Below are positions 9,235 to 19,323 of a stretch of DNA of 64,000 bases, piece after piece. Origin of the DNA: a virus (Duplodnaviria > Caudoviricetes); IMG/VR virus record IMGVR_UViG_3300037590_000079, positions 1 to 64,000 of that record; one strand, given 5' to 3'. Made by a program: the position numbers and the translations under genes. The notes beneath the pieces were generated by a model that saw only the letters and a program-made list of their open reading frames with translations, was not told where the DNA came from and searched no databases. Positions within the stretch are counted from its first letter, which is position 1. Each line of letters starts with the position of its first letter.

Positions 9235-9876
9235 ATGTCCGATATCTACGAAAAAAAGCGCCTTCGCATCGTCGAGAAGGGGTTCGAGACCTATACCGGC
9301 GAACTGAGCGTCTACATGTTCGAGAACGGCGTCTCCGTCGAGACCATTCCGCGCGTCGAACGCGACCGGATCGCCGCGACGATGGCCTGTGTCGAGGTGG
9401 ACGAAGGTGGCCGCGAGAAGGGCGCCGGCGTCGCCGAGCGTCTCGTGAGCGAATCCAAGGCCCGTGCTCCCGAGCCCGAGCAGACCGAACGCCAGAGCGA
9501 GGATGAGAAGTCGAAGGAGGAGCGGGAGGTGGCCGCCAAGGCGACGATTTCCACCGTCACCTTCTACTCCGAGGATGAGCTCGATGCCGTGATCGCCGAG
9601 GGCGGCATCCATGCGCTGCGCGAGGTGGCGAAGCAGTGGAACCTCAAGGGCCGGTCCATCCCGCAGCTGCGCGATGACGTCCTGAACGCCCAGAAGACCT
9701 TCCTGGAGAACAACCAGGAGATCCGCGAGCAGCGCATGAAGATGATCGAGGCGGGCCAGACCAATCCCGAGCCCGAACCCGGCGCCGACACGAACACCGG
9801 CACCGATCAGGATGCGGTCCAGTCCGCGGCCGAGACCGGCGACATGTCGGCTGCGCTCAACAAGGATCGTGACTGA
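9235..9876 (+). CDS. head-module protein with C-terminal AAETGDMSAALNK tag
   Basis: ORF after the capsid gene; own promoter TTGTTT-N17-TAACAT (9161-9189) with operator at 9168-9185. Confidence 0.75.
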   Translation: MSDIYEKKRLRIVEKGFETYTGELSVYMFENGVSVETIPRVERDRIAATMACVEVDEGGREKGAGVAERLVSESKARAPEPEQTERQSEDEKSKEEREVAAKATISTVTFYSEDELDAVIAEGGIHALREVAKQWNLKGRSIPQLRDDVLNAQKTFLENNQEIREQRMKMIEAGQTNPEPEPGADTNTGTDQDAVQSAAETGDMSAALNKDRD

Positions 9877-9878
9877 GA

Positions 9879-10670
9879 ATGGATATCTATCCGGAGAGCT
9901 ATGACGTCACGCTGTCGGTTCCCGTCCAGGATCCGGCGGGTCGGAACTTCAACCCCGACAGCGTGACGGCGACCCTGTATGATCAGGACGACGAGATGGT
10001 GGCCGATCTCGGCTCCGTCCCGTTCGTCTCCGGACAGACCAGTCTCGATATCACGGTTCCTCGTGCGAATCTGACCGTTCCCCTGCACCAGCGCCGCGCA
10101 GCCTTCACCCTGCGCGTGACCTTCATGTCGCAGAGCGGATCCTTTCCCCGGACGATCGTTTTCGCCGTCGAGCGCGATGCGGCGCTTCGGGTGATGACGA
10201 ACTCGTTCCTGACATTCGCGCGCGCCGAGATGCTCGCCGTCGATCACACCAATGCCGATGGCTGGCACGCCGCGGAGGAATCCGCACGCAAGCACGCCCT
10301 CGTCGAGGCATTCGTGCGCCTGCAACGCATTCCCATGCAGTTCACCCCGCGCGATGACGAAGGCAATCTCCTGCCCGACAAGCGCCAGGTGATCCCGCGT
10401 GATCTCTGGCCGAAGGAAACCAGGGCGGATTTCGACGCCTATCCCGAGCACTTCCGCAACGCCCTGCGCATGGCCCAGTTCGTCGAGGCCGACAACATTC
10501 TCAGAGGCGAGATCGTCGCGCGCAAGCGTGCCGAAGGGATCGTCGAGGAGGAGGTTCACGAAAGCCGTATGGAAATCTCGCCGACGGTCGTCTCCTACGA
10601 CATCTGCGAGGCGGCAATGGTCGTGCTTGCCGGCTATGTCGATTTCGATATCCGTGTCGGGAGGGCGTGA
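9879..10670 (+). CDS. head-tail connector/adaptor protein
   Basis: NSFLTFARAE...W...RKHALVEA pattern typical of adaptors; synteny. Confidence 0.6.
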   Translation: MDIYPESYDVTLSVPVQDPAGRNFNPDSVTATLYDQDDEMVADLGSVPFVSGQTSLDITVPRANLTVPLHQRRAAFTLRVTFMSQSGSFPRTIVFAVERDAALRVMTNSFLTFARAEMLAVDHTNADGWHAAEESARKHALVEAFVRLQRIPMQFTPRDDEGNLLPDKRQVIPRDLWPKETRADFDAYPEHFRNALRMAQFVEADNILRGEIVARKRAEGIVEEEVHESRMEISPTVVSYDICEAAMVVLAGYVDFDIRVGRA

Positions 10671-11008
10671 TGTTCCGGCCCAATCTCACGGGATCCATTC
10701 GGACAAGGATCGGCTATGATGTTCATGGCCGTCCGAAACTGTCGCAGCCGCGGCCCGTGCGTTTTTCGCAGGCGGAATTCGGCCGCGATATCATGCGCAC
10801 GCCTGATGGGGCGGCGTCGGCAGGTGCGGCAGGGCAGGGGACGGCGGCCGACAGCGTGATCCTGATAGATCGGAAGGCGAAGATCGACATCGAGGATGTC
10901 TTCACCTTCGACGGCCAGGACTACCGCGTGATGGCCGTCTATCCGCGCCGCGACATCACCGGATTCGTGGATCACTACGAGGCCGCCCTGGAGCTGTTCG
11001 AGGGATGA
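10670..11008 (+). CDS. head-closure protein (putative)
   Basis: GYDVHGRP N-terminus, beta-rich, about 112 aa; synteny. Confidence 0.55.
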   Translation: MFRPNLTGSIRTRIGYDVHGRPKLSQPRPVRFSQAEFGRDIMRTPDGAASAGAAGQGTAADSVILIDRKAKIDIEDVFTFDGQDYRVMAVYPRRDITGFVDHYEAALELFEG

Positions 11009-11490
11009 TGAAGGGAAGCATCTCCGCGACGGGCATCGGCCACGTCAGGACGATGTTCCGCAACCTGGGCCGCAAGGTTCCGGACCAGGCGCGCGGCCAG
11101 ATGCGCCGGGCGTCGCGGCGCATCGTCGAGCAGGCGCAGATCAACGTGCCCGAGGATGAAGCGCTGCTGCGCGACTCCATTCGCATCGAGCGCACCACGG
11201 GCTTCAGGGGCCGGCTTCAGATCGATATCGTCGTCGGTGGGCAGGTGGTCACGAACGCGCGCGGAAAGCAGATCGACCTGGACCGCTATGCCCTTCTCGT
11301 TCACGAAGCCTACGAGACGGCCGTGGCCACGAAGGGGCCGGGCAAGCGGACGCGCGAGAAGATGCTCCAGTATCCGCAGGCCACGATCGGCTCGAAATTC
11401 CTTGAGCGTGCGGTCGATAAGGAGCGGGCGCGCTTGCAACGCAACATGACGACGATCATCGACCAGATCATTGAGAGGGAACAGCGGTGA
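11005..11490 (+). CDS. HK97 gp10-like neck/tail completion protein
   Basis: VPEDEALLRDSI, YALLVHE, KFLERA motifs. Confidence 0.7.
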   Translation: MMKGSISATGIGHVRTMFRNLGRKVPDQARGQMRRASRRIVEQAQINVPEDEALLRDSIRIERTTGFRGRLQIDIVVGGQVVTNARGKQIDLDRYALLVHEAYETAVATKGPGKRTREKMLQYPQATIGSKFLERAVDKERARLQRNMTTIIDQIIEREQR

Positions 11491-11903
11491 TTCACGATAT
11501 CGTCGAACGCAAGATCGAGAGAGCGGGGCTCGCGCGAACGGCGCGCAGCCTGTTTCGCGAGCACATGCCGCCCGATGTCTCGGAAGCGGTCATGACACGG
11601 CTGCCCATCGAAGGGGTGAGCATCGACTTCAACATGCCCGGATTTCACCGGACGAGCATGCAGGTCATCGTGCGCAATCCCGACCCCGAGAAGGGGATGA
11701 AGCTGGCCACGGACATCATGAACGTGCTGAGCGTCACGGGTGGGCAGGAGCTGCATCCCGCGACGCGGGAGCGCGGCGAGGTGCGTCTGAAGCTGTTTCA
11801 TCCGCGTCACCTGCCGGCGCGGTTTCCGCGTCTCGAAGGCGACGAGCTTGAATTTTCCATCAATTTCCTGGTGGTTTTCTCGATCAGGCCGCTGGGGGTC
11901 TAG
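11487..11903 (+). CDS. tail terminator/minor structural protein
   Basis: MQVIVRN...FSINF pattern; immediately before the major tail protein. Confidence 0.6.
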   Translation: MIHDIVERKIERAGLARTARSLFREHMPPDVSEAVMTRLPIEGVSIDFNMPGFHRTSMQVIVRNPDPEKGMKLATDIMNVLSVTGGQELHPATRERGEVRLKLFHPRHLPARFPRLEGDELEFSINFLVVFSIRPLGV

Positions 11904-11986
11904 GCTTAGACCTTGCCTGGGACCATATCGTCTGATAGGTTCTAAGTAACTGCTGACTTACCCTCATTCTCGCACGGAGTATCGAA

Positions 11987-12808
11987 ATGGGCACCGAAAA
12001 TGTAAAACTGGGCGTTTGCAACGTCTTTTTCGACGGCCAGGATCTTGGCCTCACCAAGGGCGGCGTCGAGGTCGAGGCCGCAACCGAAACCCACGAAGTC
12101 ACCGTTGACCAGTATGGCAACACGGTGATCAACGAGATCATCATCGGTCGGTCGGTTTCCGCGAATGTGCCGATGGTCGAGACCACGCTGGACAACATGG
12201 TCCGGATCATGCCGGGCGGCGTGCTCGTGACCGATGGCGATTTCGCCTCGGGCACCGTGACGCTTTCGGCCGCACCGGCCGACGGCGACACCGTCGGTGT
12301 CTTTGGCACGACCTTCACCTTTCGCACCACGCCGAGCGCGCAGCACGATGTGCTGATCGGTGCCGACGAGGTCGCATCGGCCGAAAACCTGGCCGACACC
12401 GTGAATGGCGCGGTCATCCCGATCTCCGCCGAGGTCACGGCCGATGGCGAAGTCACGATTACCGCCAACAGCCGCGGCTCGGAATGGAACCTGACCGTGT
12501 CGAGTAGCGGTGTCGCGATCACCACGGCCGACATGACCGGTGGGGTCGATGTGACCAAGGCGCGCGTTGACGTGCCGACCGGCGTGAACATCAGCCTCTC
12601 GTCGATCGCCAAGAAACTGGTCCTGCGTCCCATCGGCACCTCGGGCGAGGATGACTTCATCATCTACAAGGCAGCCGCACCCGGCGCGCTGAACTTCACC
12701 TACAACGTCGATCAGGAGCGCATCTACACGGCCAACTTCAAGGGCTATGTCGATCCGCAGTCCGGCGGCGCCCTCTTCGCGGTCGGCGACGAAGACGCAA
12801 CCGCGTGA
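11987..12808 (+). CDS. major tail tube protein with an inserted beta-domain
   Basis: NVKLGVCNVFFDGQDLGLTKGGVEV N-terminus; promoter TTGCCT-N17-TAGGTT and operator at 11943-11960; followed by a terminator and chaperones. Confidence 0.85.
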   Translation: MGTENVKLGVCNVFFDGQDLGLTKGGVEVEAATETHEVTVDQYGNTVINEIIIGRSVSANVPMVETTLDNMVRIMPGGVLVTDGDFASGTVTLSAAPADGDTVGVFGTTFTFRTTPSAQHDVLIGADEVASAENLADTVNGAVIPISAEVTADGEVTITANSRGSEWNLTVSSSGVAITTADMTGGVDVTKARVDVPTGVNISLSSIAKKLVLRPIGTSGEDDFIIYKAAAPGALNFTYNVDQERIYTANFKGYVDPQSGGALFAVGDEDATA

Positions 12809-12813
12809 TCGTG

Positions 12814-12846
12814 ACCGGGCCTGAAAAGGCCCGGTTCTTCCTTCTC
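12814..12846 (+). terminator. terminator after the tail tube gene
   Basis: ACCGGGCC-TGAAAA-GGCCCGGT followed by a pyrimidine tract. Confidence 0.65.
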
Positions 12847-12869
12847 TCAAGACATCAGGATAACACAGT

Positions 12870-13229
12870 ATGACCACCGAGGTTCTCAATCTCGAAGACC
12901 TGAAGACCGCTCCGAAAGTGGCTCTTCAGCTGCCCGACGGCACGCGGCACGAGATGCGGCAGGCAACCGTTCAGAGCTTCATCGATCACGTCAAGATGGT
13001 CGAGGACATGCCTCCCAATGCCGGCATTTCCCAGGAAATGGAGATGCTGATCAAGGTCATCCTGAGCGCCTTTCCGACGCTCAGCGAGGAGATTGTGCGG
13101 TCCTGGCCGCTTCCCTACCTGGAGCAGATCAACGAGTTCGTGCAGGCCAAGTCCGGCATGGTCGCCACCCAGGACGGGCAGAAGGCCGAGGAGGCCGAAG
13201 CGTCGGGAAACGGTTCGACGGCGACCTGA
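12870..13229 (+). CDS. tail assembly chaperone (gpG-like)
   Basis: Between tail tube and tape measure genes; in-frame slippery G GGA AAC at 13205-13211. Confidence 0.8.
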   Translation: MTTEVLNLEDLKTAPKVALQLPDGTRHEMRQATVQSFIDHVKMVEDMPPNAGISQEMEMLIKVILSAFPTLSEEIVRSWPLPYLEQINEFVQAKSGMVATQDGQKAEEAEASGNGSTAT

Positions 13230-13570
13230 AATCCGTCGATCTCGGATTTCTCGTCGCCAAGGTCGTGCGCGAATACCGGATGGGGCTCGACGAGGTTCTC
13301 GATCTTCGCCTGCGCAGGTTCTGGTTCCTGGTGAACACCGCGGACCGGCTCAAGGCGGAAGAGGATATCCGCCTTTTGCAGATCTTCGGGTCTGCGCAGA
13401 GCGAGAAGGGGTTCGAAGAGGCTCAGAAGGCCCTGCGTGCCGAAATGGGTCAACAGGTCTTCGTCTGGGAAGAGAAGACCAGGGATGAAATGAGGATCGT
13501 GCCTGACAACGGTCTCGATCCCGAATTCGACAGGAAGGGGCTGCAAGCCCTGAAGGCGATGGCGGGCTGA
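13211..13570 (+). CDS. tail assembly chaperone -1 frameshift extension (gpT-like)
   Basis: The -1 frame is open from the slippery site (RFDGDLKSVDLGFLVAKVVREY...) to TGA at 13570. Confidence 0.8.
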   Translation, partial: RFDGDLKSVDLGFLVAKVVREYRMGLDEVLDLRLRRFWFLVNTADRLKAEEDIRLLQIFGSAQSEKGFEEAQKALRAEMGQQVFVWEEKTRDEMRIVPDNGLDPEFDRKGLQALKAMAG

Positions 13571-13583
13571 CAGGAAGGTCGAG

Positions 13584-16500
13584 ATGACGAGCAATATCCG
13601 GGTCGATCTTGAGCTGCGGGACGGCTCCTTCACGTCAGCCATGCTCCGGGCCAACCAGTCCCTGTCGTCGTTCCGCAGGGAGCTGGCCCGCGTCGATCCG
13701 CATTTCCGCAAGATGACGGCCAGCAGCAAGAACGCCGTGGTCGGCGTTCAGCGCACCGACAAGGCAAGCCGGTCGCTGCTCGGCACCATGCGCGATCTCA
13801 CCATCGTCGCGGGCGGCCTCTCGATGGCCTTCCACACGCTGACCGGCACCGGCAGCAACCTGATCGGTCAGATCACCAACATCAACGCGCAGATCGAGCG
13901 GATGCGCTTCCAGATGATGGCGATGTCCACCTCGGCCAAGCCGATGGAAGAGGCCGCGAACTCGGTCGATTTCCTGCGGCAGAAGGCCAAGGAAGCGCCG
14001 TTCTCCCTGCGCCAGCTCTCCGACAGCTTCGTCAAGATGAAGGCGACGGGAATCGATCCGATGAACGGATCGCTGACCGCGCTGGCCGACGGCATCGCGG
14101 CCTTCGGCGGCTCCGACCAGGAACTGCACCGCGTCTCGCTCGGCATCCGGCAGATGTCGGGCAAGTCGGTGATCCAGATGGAAGAGCTTCGCCAGCAGCT
14201 CGGCGAGGCGATGCCCAATGCCATGAACGTGATGGCGCGCTCGATGGGCGTCTCTGTGGCCGAGCTGACCGATGCCGTCTCGACGGGTCGTGTCGAGGCG
14301 TCGTCGGCGCTGAGCGCCTTCTTCGACGAGCTTGACCGCACCTATGGCGGCGCCGCGCAGCACATGATCGAGAGCTTCTCCGGCCAGGTCTCGCTGCTTC
14401 AGGCGAATCTTCAGATCCTCGCGACCCAGGGTGGGCTCAAGCGCTTCTTCGAGGAAGAGAAGGAGGCGATGGTCGGCCTCAACGACTTTCTCCAGGGCGC
14501 AGAGGCGGCGCAGTTCGCGAACGCGCTCGGCGACACGCTGACGGCGGTCATGAGCGGTCTGAAGGCCGTGACCCAGACCGCTTTCGAGTTCCGCTCCGAG
14601 ATCGGCACCCTGGCCAAGGTTCTGGCTGCCGGAATTGGTCTGCGCATGCTCGTGGGCAGTCTCGGGATGGTCGCGACGAGCTTCCGCTCGGCCGCCCTCT
14701 CGGCGACCGCGTTCCGGTCGTCGATGGCGCTTGCCTCGGCCGATTTCATGATGGGTGTGCGCGGGCTGCGGCAGGGTCAGCACGCAACGACCGCCTTCCA
14801 GATCGCCGCCGGCGGCGCGAGCCGCATGATGAGCACTCTCGGCGGCACCCTCATTCGTGCGATTCCGGGTGTCGGTCTCTTGGCTTCGGGGGTGCTGCTT
14901 CTGGCCGAGAACTTCGATCTGATGGGCAGCTCCACCAAGCAGGCGTATGAGGAGCTGCGCGAATTCGGTGCCGCCTCGAAGGAAGAAGCCGAGAAGATCG
15001 TCAGTGCCGAAGAGCAGCGCCTGAACGAACAGATCGCGCTTCGTCAAGAAAACCTGAGCCGTCTTGAGAACATTCGGAATGAGGGATCTGTCGAACGCAG
15101 CCTTTTCCGTAACGAAGAGGATCTCAATAAGGCGATTGAAAACACCAGTGCCGCGCTTCAGTCTCTTATCGATGAGCGCGACCAGCTTCGCGAGAATAGT
15201 GTCGATCTGATCGAGGAAGCGGGTAACACCGAGGAGGCGTCCAGCGGCCGTCGCTTCGAGCGGGCTCTGCGCGAGCGCCTGCGCGAAAGCAGGCAGATCT
15301 ACACGCGGGAAATCGTCGAGGCCGAGAAAGCCTATGCCGAGGCGCGCAAGGTCGCCGAGGAAGGTGACAACAGCATGATCAGCGCGCGTGAGAAGTTCCG
15401 CGATCGCCTCGACGAGATCACCCAGAAGCAGAACGAGAGCGTCGTCTCCATGCTCGAAAAGGAGGAGACGCAGGTTCGCGCGAAGATCGAGGATGCGCAG
15501 GGGCAGGAGCGTGAGAACCTGCTCCGGCATCTCGCGATCATCGAGCGGATGCAGGCTGATGCGTATCGCAAGATGCGCCAGGAACGCGCCGAGGGTATCA
15601 GCCTCGTGCCCGAGACGATCTCGAACGAGCAGCGGATTGATCGCGGTGCCGACAGGCTGCGCCAGGTCACTGAGGAGGTCCAGGGTCTCCAGGCTTCGCT
15701 CGCCGGGGCGGGCAGCGAGTTCGCGCGGCTCCAGTTCCGCATCCAGCGCGGTGATTACGGCGAGATCGAAGGTGCGACCGAGGCGGTCAAGGAGATGCAC
15801 GAGGCACTGCTTCGCGCGACCCAGCAGAAGGAAGCCCTCGACAAGCTGATGCAGGGTCAGAATCGCGCCGAGAACGATATCGAGGCGATCGAGGATGACA
15901 TTCGGCAGCGTCAGATGGCGCTGGAATTCGCCGCGTCCGGACGCGACATGAACGAAGCCGACAGGTTCCTGGCCCGGCTCAGGAATGGGGCTTTCGAGGG
16001 TCTCGGGCCGGTGGAGAATATCCGTCGCTCGATCAATCGCGTGACCGAGTCTCTTGGCGGCCAGGGGTCGATCGCCCAGAATGTCGGCAAGGTGATGCGC
16101 GAGAACACCTTCGGCAAGGGCACGTTCGAGAAGATCAGGACCATTCGCGACGCGATCCGGGAAGTGGGCGACGCGCTCACCGACCTGAAGACCGGCGATC
16201 TGTTCGGCCCGGTCAGCACGTTCCTGGGCGGCGCAATGCCGTCGGTCGGCAATTTCACCAATGCCGGGCCGAGCACCGCCATGCTGGATCTGATCGCACG
16301 CGCCGAAGGCACCGTCGGCAAGTCGCGGAGCCGCGGCTTCAACACGACCCTGGGCTTCGGGGCCTTCACGGGTGGCGAGCGCGACCTGGTGAACATGACG
16401 CTGCGCGAAATCCTCGCGCTTCAGCGCCAGATGCTTCAGCATCCCGACAATCACTTCAACTCGTCCGCGCTCGGCAAGTTCCAGATCGTCGGCTCCACGC

Positions 16501-18206
16501 TCGGTGGTAAGGGAATCGACGGCAAGGGCGGTCTGATCGAGCAGCTCGGGCTGAGCCTCGATCAGAAGTTCACGCCGGAGCTTCAGAACCGTCTCGCGAT
16601 GACGCTCCTGGAGCGCCGTGGCGGCAATGTCTCCGAGCTGCGCAAGGAGTGGCAGGGGCTGCGCGATGTCAGCGCCGAGGAGATCAGGCGTGCCTATCTC
16701 GAAGGCGCCGAGCAGGGCCTGCGCGAGGCGGGGCTGCCCGAGAACGTGCCGACCTTCGACTTCGAGGATATGGTTCGGCGCCAGGTCAACACGACGGCGA
16801 ATCTTGAGGGGCGCGGAGAGGCCGCCAGGGCGGAGCTGGAGCGGCTTCGCGTCGCCGAGCTGGAACAGGAGCGCGCGGATCGCGAGCGCGCACTCAGCGC
16901 CGAGCTGGAGGCTCTGAACGCGTCCCTGGGTGACGTGGGCACCGGCAATGTCACGCGGCGCATGATGGAGCGCATTCGCGCCGGCGATCTCGGTGACAAC
17001 CTCGATCCGCAGTCGGAGCAGTATCGCGAGATCCTGCGGCTCGCTCGCGAGATCGATGCGACCGAGGAACGGCTTCAGGAAAAGCGGCAGGCACAGAGCC
17101 AGTCCACCTCGCAGCTCGAAGCGCTTGAGCGGCAGCGCCTCGATATCCAGCGTCAGATCACCGAGGCGAACCGGCGTGCCGAAGATCCCGATTACCAGGG
17201 GCAGAGCCGCGATCTTCAGCGCCTGATCGAACAGCTCGATGACTATGTCGAGAATATTCGGATCGCGTCCGGCGAGGACAGCAAGGCGTTCCGCGACGCG
17301 ACGCGGTTCCGTCAGGAGATGATCGCGAGCCAGCGGCGCCTCGATGCGGCCGAGAGCTTCGCCGATTTCCGCAAGGACACGCGCGATCTCGAAGATAACC
17401 TGCGCACGCGCGATCAGATGCGCCGTGTCCAGATGCAGCGCGATATCGCAAAGGTCGATGCCTGGCTTCAGCGTCAGCGCGAAGCGGGTGCCGAAGAGGT
17501 GGCGATCGTGCGCGAGGCAGAGCGGCGCAAGGCCGCGATCCGCGAGCGTTTCGCACGGCAGACCAGCCCGGTCACGCAGCAGATGAAGGAATGGGCCGAC
17601 TTCTCCGGGAACATCAAGGAGAAGACGACCGGCTGGCTCGACAGCCTGTCATCGGGAATGGCCGGGCTCATCACGGGCACCGGGAGTCTGCGCAACGCGA
17701 TCAACGGAATCCTCAATGATATCGTGACCTCGCAGATCCGCTTTCTGTGGTCGAGCATGGCCGGCGAAAAGACGCAGGAAGCCGGCAGCAAGCTCGGCGC
17801 GGCCATCGGTGTAAAGCACGGCGGCGGCATTGCCGGGCAGAGCAGGGGTCGCAGGCGGCGCGTGTCGATGGCGACCTTCGCCAATGCGCCGCGCTACCAC
17901 ACCGGCGACATCGTGAAGCCGAGGCTGAAGACCGGCGAGGTGCCGATCATTGCCAAGCGCGGCGAAGGCATTTTCACGCCCGAGCAGATGAAGGCTCTGG
18001 CACCCGTCGGCACGCAGGGACAGGCGATCACGATCAACTCCCCGATCACCGTCGAGGGAAGCGCCGGCACGCCCGAGCAGAATCAGGATCTGGCAAAGCG
18101 CATGTCGCGCGAGATGGAGAAATCGATGCGCGGTGTCGTCGTCGAGGAGCTTCGGCGGCAGTCCAGGCCCGGCAACATGCTCGGTAACACGAGAGGGCGC
18201 AGGTAA
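13584..18206 (+). CDS. tape measure protein with an embedded lysozyme-like domain
   Basis: 1540 aa, helical; tape-measure motif QMSGKSVIQMEELRQQLGEAMP; LDLIARAEG...SSALGKFQIV...LRKEWQGL at about 16278-16661. Confidence 0.92.
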   Translation: MTSNIRVDLELRDGSFTSAMLRANQSLSSFRRELARVDPHFRKMTASSKNAVVGVQRTDKASRSLLGTMRDLTIVAGGLSMAFHTLTGTGSNLIGQITNINAQIERMRFQMMAMSTSAKPMEEAANSVDFLRQKAKEAPFSLRQLSDSFVKMKATGIDPMNGSLTALADGIAAFGGSDQELHRVSLGIRQMSGKSVIQMEELRQQLGEAMPNAMNVMARSMGVSVAELTDAVSTGRVEASSALSAFFDELDRTYGGAAQHMIESFSGQVSLLQANLQILATQGGLKRFFEEEKEAMVGLNDFLQGAEAAQFANALGDTLTAVMSGLKAVTQTAFEFRSEIGTLAKVLAAGIGLRMLVGSLGMVATSFRSAALSATAFRSSMALASADFMMGVRGLRQGQHATTAFQIAAGGASRMMSTLGGTLIRAIPGVGLLASGVLLLAENFDLMGSSTKQAYEELREFGAASKEEAEKIVSAEEQRLNEQIALRQENLSRLENIRNEGSVERSLFRNEEDLNKAIENTSAALQSLIDERDQLRENSVDLIEEAGNTEEASSGRRFERALRERLRESRQIYTREIVEAEKAYAEARKVAEEGDNSMISAREKFRDRLDEITQKQNESVVSMLEKEETQVRAKIEDAQGQERENLLRHLAIIERMQADAYRKMRQERAEGISLVPETISNEQRIDRGADRLRQVTEEVQGLQASLAGAGSEFARLQFRIQRGDYGEIEGATEAVKEMHEALLRATQQKEALDKLMQGQNRAENDIEAIEDDIRQRQMALEFAASGRDMNEADRFLARLRNGAFEGLGPVENIRRSINRVTESLGGQGSIAQNVGKVMRENTFGKGTFEKIRTIRDAIREVGDALTDLKTGDLFGPVSTFLGGAMPSVGNFTNAGPSTAMLDLIARAEGTVGKSRSRGFNTTLGFGAFTGGERDLVNMTLREILALQRQMLQHPDNHFNSSALGKFQIVGSTLGGKGIDGKGGLIEQLGLSLDQKFTPELQNRLAMTLLERRGGNVSELRKEWQGLRDVSAEEIRRAYLEGAEQGLREAGLPENVPTFDFEDMVRRQVNTTANLEGRGEAARAELERLRVAELEQERADRERALSAELEALNASLGDVGTGNVTRRMMERIRAGDLGDNLDPQSEQYREILRLAREIDATEERLQEKRQAQSQSTSQLEALERQRLDIQRQITEANRRAEDPDYQGQSRDLQRLIEQLDDYVENIRIASGEDSKAFRDATRFRQEMIASQRRLDAAESFADFRKDTRDLEDNLRTRDQMRRVQMQRDIAKVDAWLQRQREAGAEEVAIVREAERRKAAIRERFARQTSPVTQQMKEWADFSGNIKEKTTGWLDSLSSGMAGLITGTGSLRNAINGILNDIVTSQIRFLWSSMAGEKTQEAGSKLGAAIGVKHGGGIAGQSRGRRRRVSMATFANAPRYHTGDIVKPRLKTGEVPIIAKRGEGIFTPEQMKALAPVGTQGQAITINSPITVEGSAGTPEQNQDLAKRMSREMEKSMRGVVVEELRRQSRPGNMLGNTRGRR

Positions 18207-18556
18207 TGGCATTCGAGACTTTCAATCCGCCGGTGAGCCCGTCGCCCGGCGCAAGCCACGATTACGCACCGGCGGTCAACCGCGCGGAGTTCGGCGATGG
18301 CTACACCCAGTCGTCGCCGCGTGGGCTGAATCATGTGAAGCTGAAGATCAAGTTCACCTGGGACGGCGTCGTCGATCAGGACATGCAGACGATCATCGGC
18401 TTCTTCGATGCGCGGGGCGGCACTGAGCCGTTCTGGTATCAGCCGCACGGCTACACGGCGGCGCGCAAATGGACCTGCGCGAAATGGTCCGTCACCGACG
18501 GACCGCCCTGGCGCATCACGGCCGATTTCGAGGAGTCGTTCATTCCCGATCCGTAG
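18206..18556 (+). CDS. distal tail protein (lambda gpM-like)
   Basis: FGDGYTQ...GLN...FFDARGGTEPFWYQP. Confidence 0.85.
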   Translation: MAFETFNPPVSPSPGASHDYAPAVNRAEFGDGYTQSSPRGLNHVKLKIKFTWDGVVDQDMQTIIGFFDARGGTEPFWYQPHGYTAARKWTCAKWSVTDGPPWRITADFEESFIPDP

Positions 18557-18609
18557 GCGCCTCTTGCTTATCAGTCAGTTGTTACTTATGCTTGGTCCGA
18601 GAGGTGAGC

Positions 18610-19323
18610 ATGAGCGATATTTCGTCTGAAAACCAGAGCCTGACGCCGTCGAGCATCATCCCGCTGTTCACGCTCGATGCGTCGAGCATCAACGGGCCTG
18701 TTCTGCATTTCACGATGAACCAGAAGGCGGGAGGTCAGAGTGTCGTATTCGACGGCGTGACCTACGCGGTCACGGATATCGAGTTCGACGGGCTGGAAAC
18801 GAGCGGGCTGGGATCGCTGCCCACGCCGAAAATCCGCATCGCGAGCCAGGACAACACGATCCAGGCCCTCGGCAACACCTACGGCGATCTGAACGGCTGC
18901 GTGCTCAAGCGCATCCGGACCTACAAGCGCTTTCTCGACGGCGAGCCCGACGCCGACCCGACCGCCTTCATCGGCCCCGATGTCTTCCGTTTCGAGCGCA
19001 AGACGGCCGACAGCCCGGACATGTTCGAGTGGGAGCTGTCCGCAGCGATCGACCAGGAAGGCGCGATGTTTCCCGGCCGCGTGGTGGTCGCCAATACCTG
19101 CATGTGGCGCTACCGCGTCTGGAATCCCGACACCGAGACCTTCGACTATTCCAAGGCCCAGTGCCCGTATACCGGCGCACAGTCCTACGACATCAACAAC
19201 AACCCCGTCAGCAGCGGCGCGGATGACGTGCCCTCGCGCGATCTGAAGTGCTGCAAGACACGCTTCGGCGCGGATCAGCCGTTGCCCTTCGGGGGATTTC
19301 CGGGAGCTGCGAGGATCGGATGA
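18610..19323 (+). CDS. minor tail protein L
   Basis: RTYKRFLD, NTCMWRYR, CPYTG, CKTRFG, PFGGFPG; promoter TTGCTT-N17-TATGCT with operator at 18571-18588. Confidence 0.9.
   Translation: MSDISSENQSLTPSSIIPLFTLDASSINGPVLHFTMNQKAGGQSVVFDGVTYAVTDIEFDGLETSGLGSLPTPKIRIASQDNTIQALGNTYGDLNGCVLKRIRTYKRFLDGEPDADPTAFIGPDVFRFERKTADSPDMFEWELSAAIDQEGAMFPGRVVVANTCMWRYRVWNPDTETFDYSKAQCPYTGAQSYDINNNPVSSGADDVPSRDLKCCKTRFGADQPLPFGGFPGAARIG

Noticed and set aside
12814-12835. boxB-like hairpin GGGCC-TGAAAA-GGCCC
   Set aside because: Position after the tail tube stop and the following pyrimidine tract fit an ordinary terminator; no boxA or N-like gene seen
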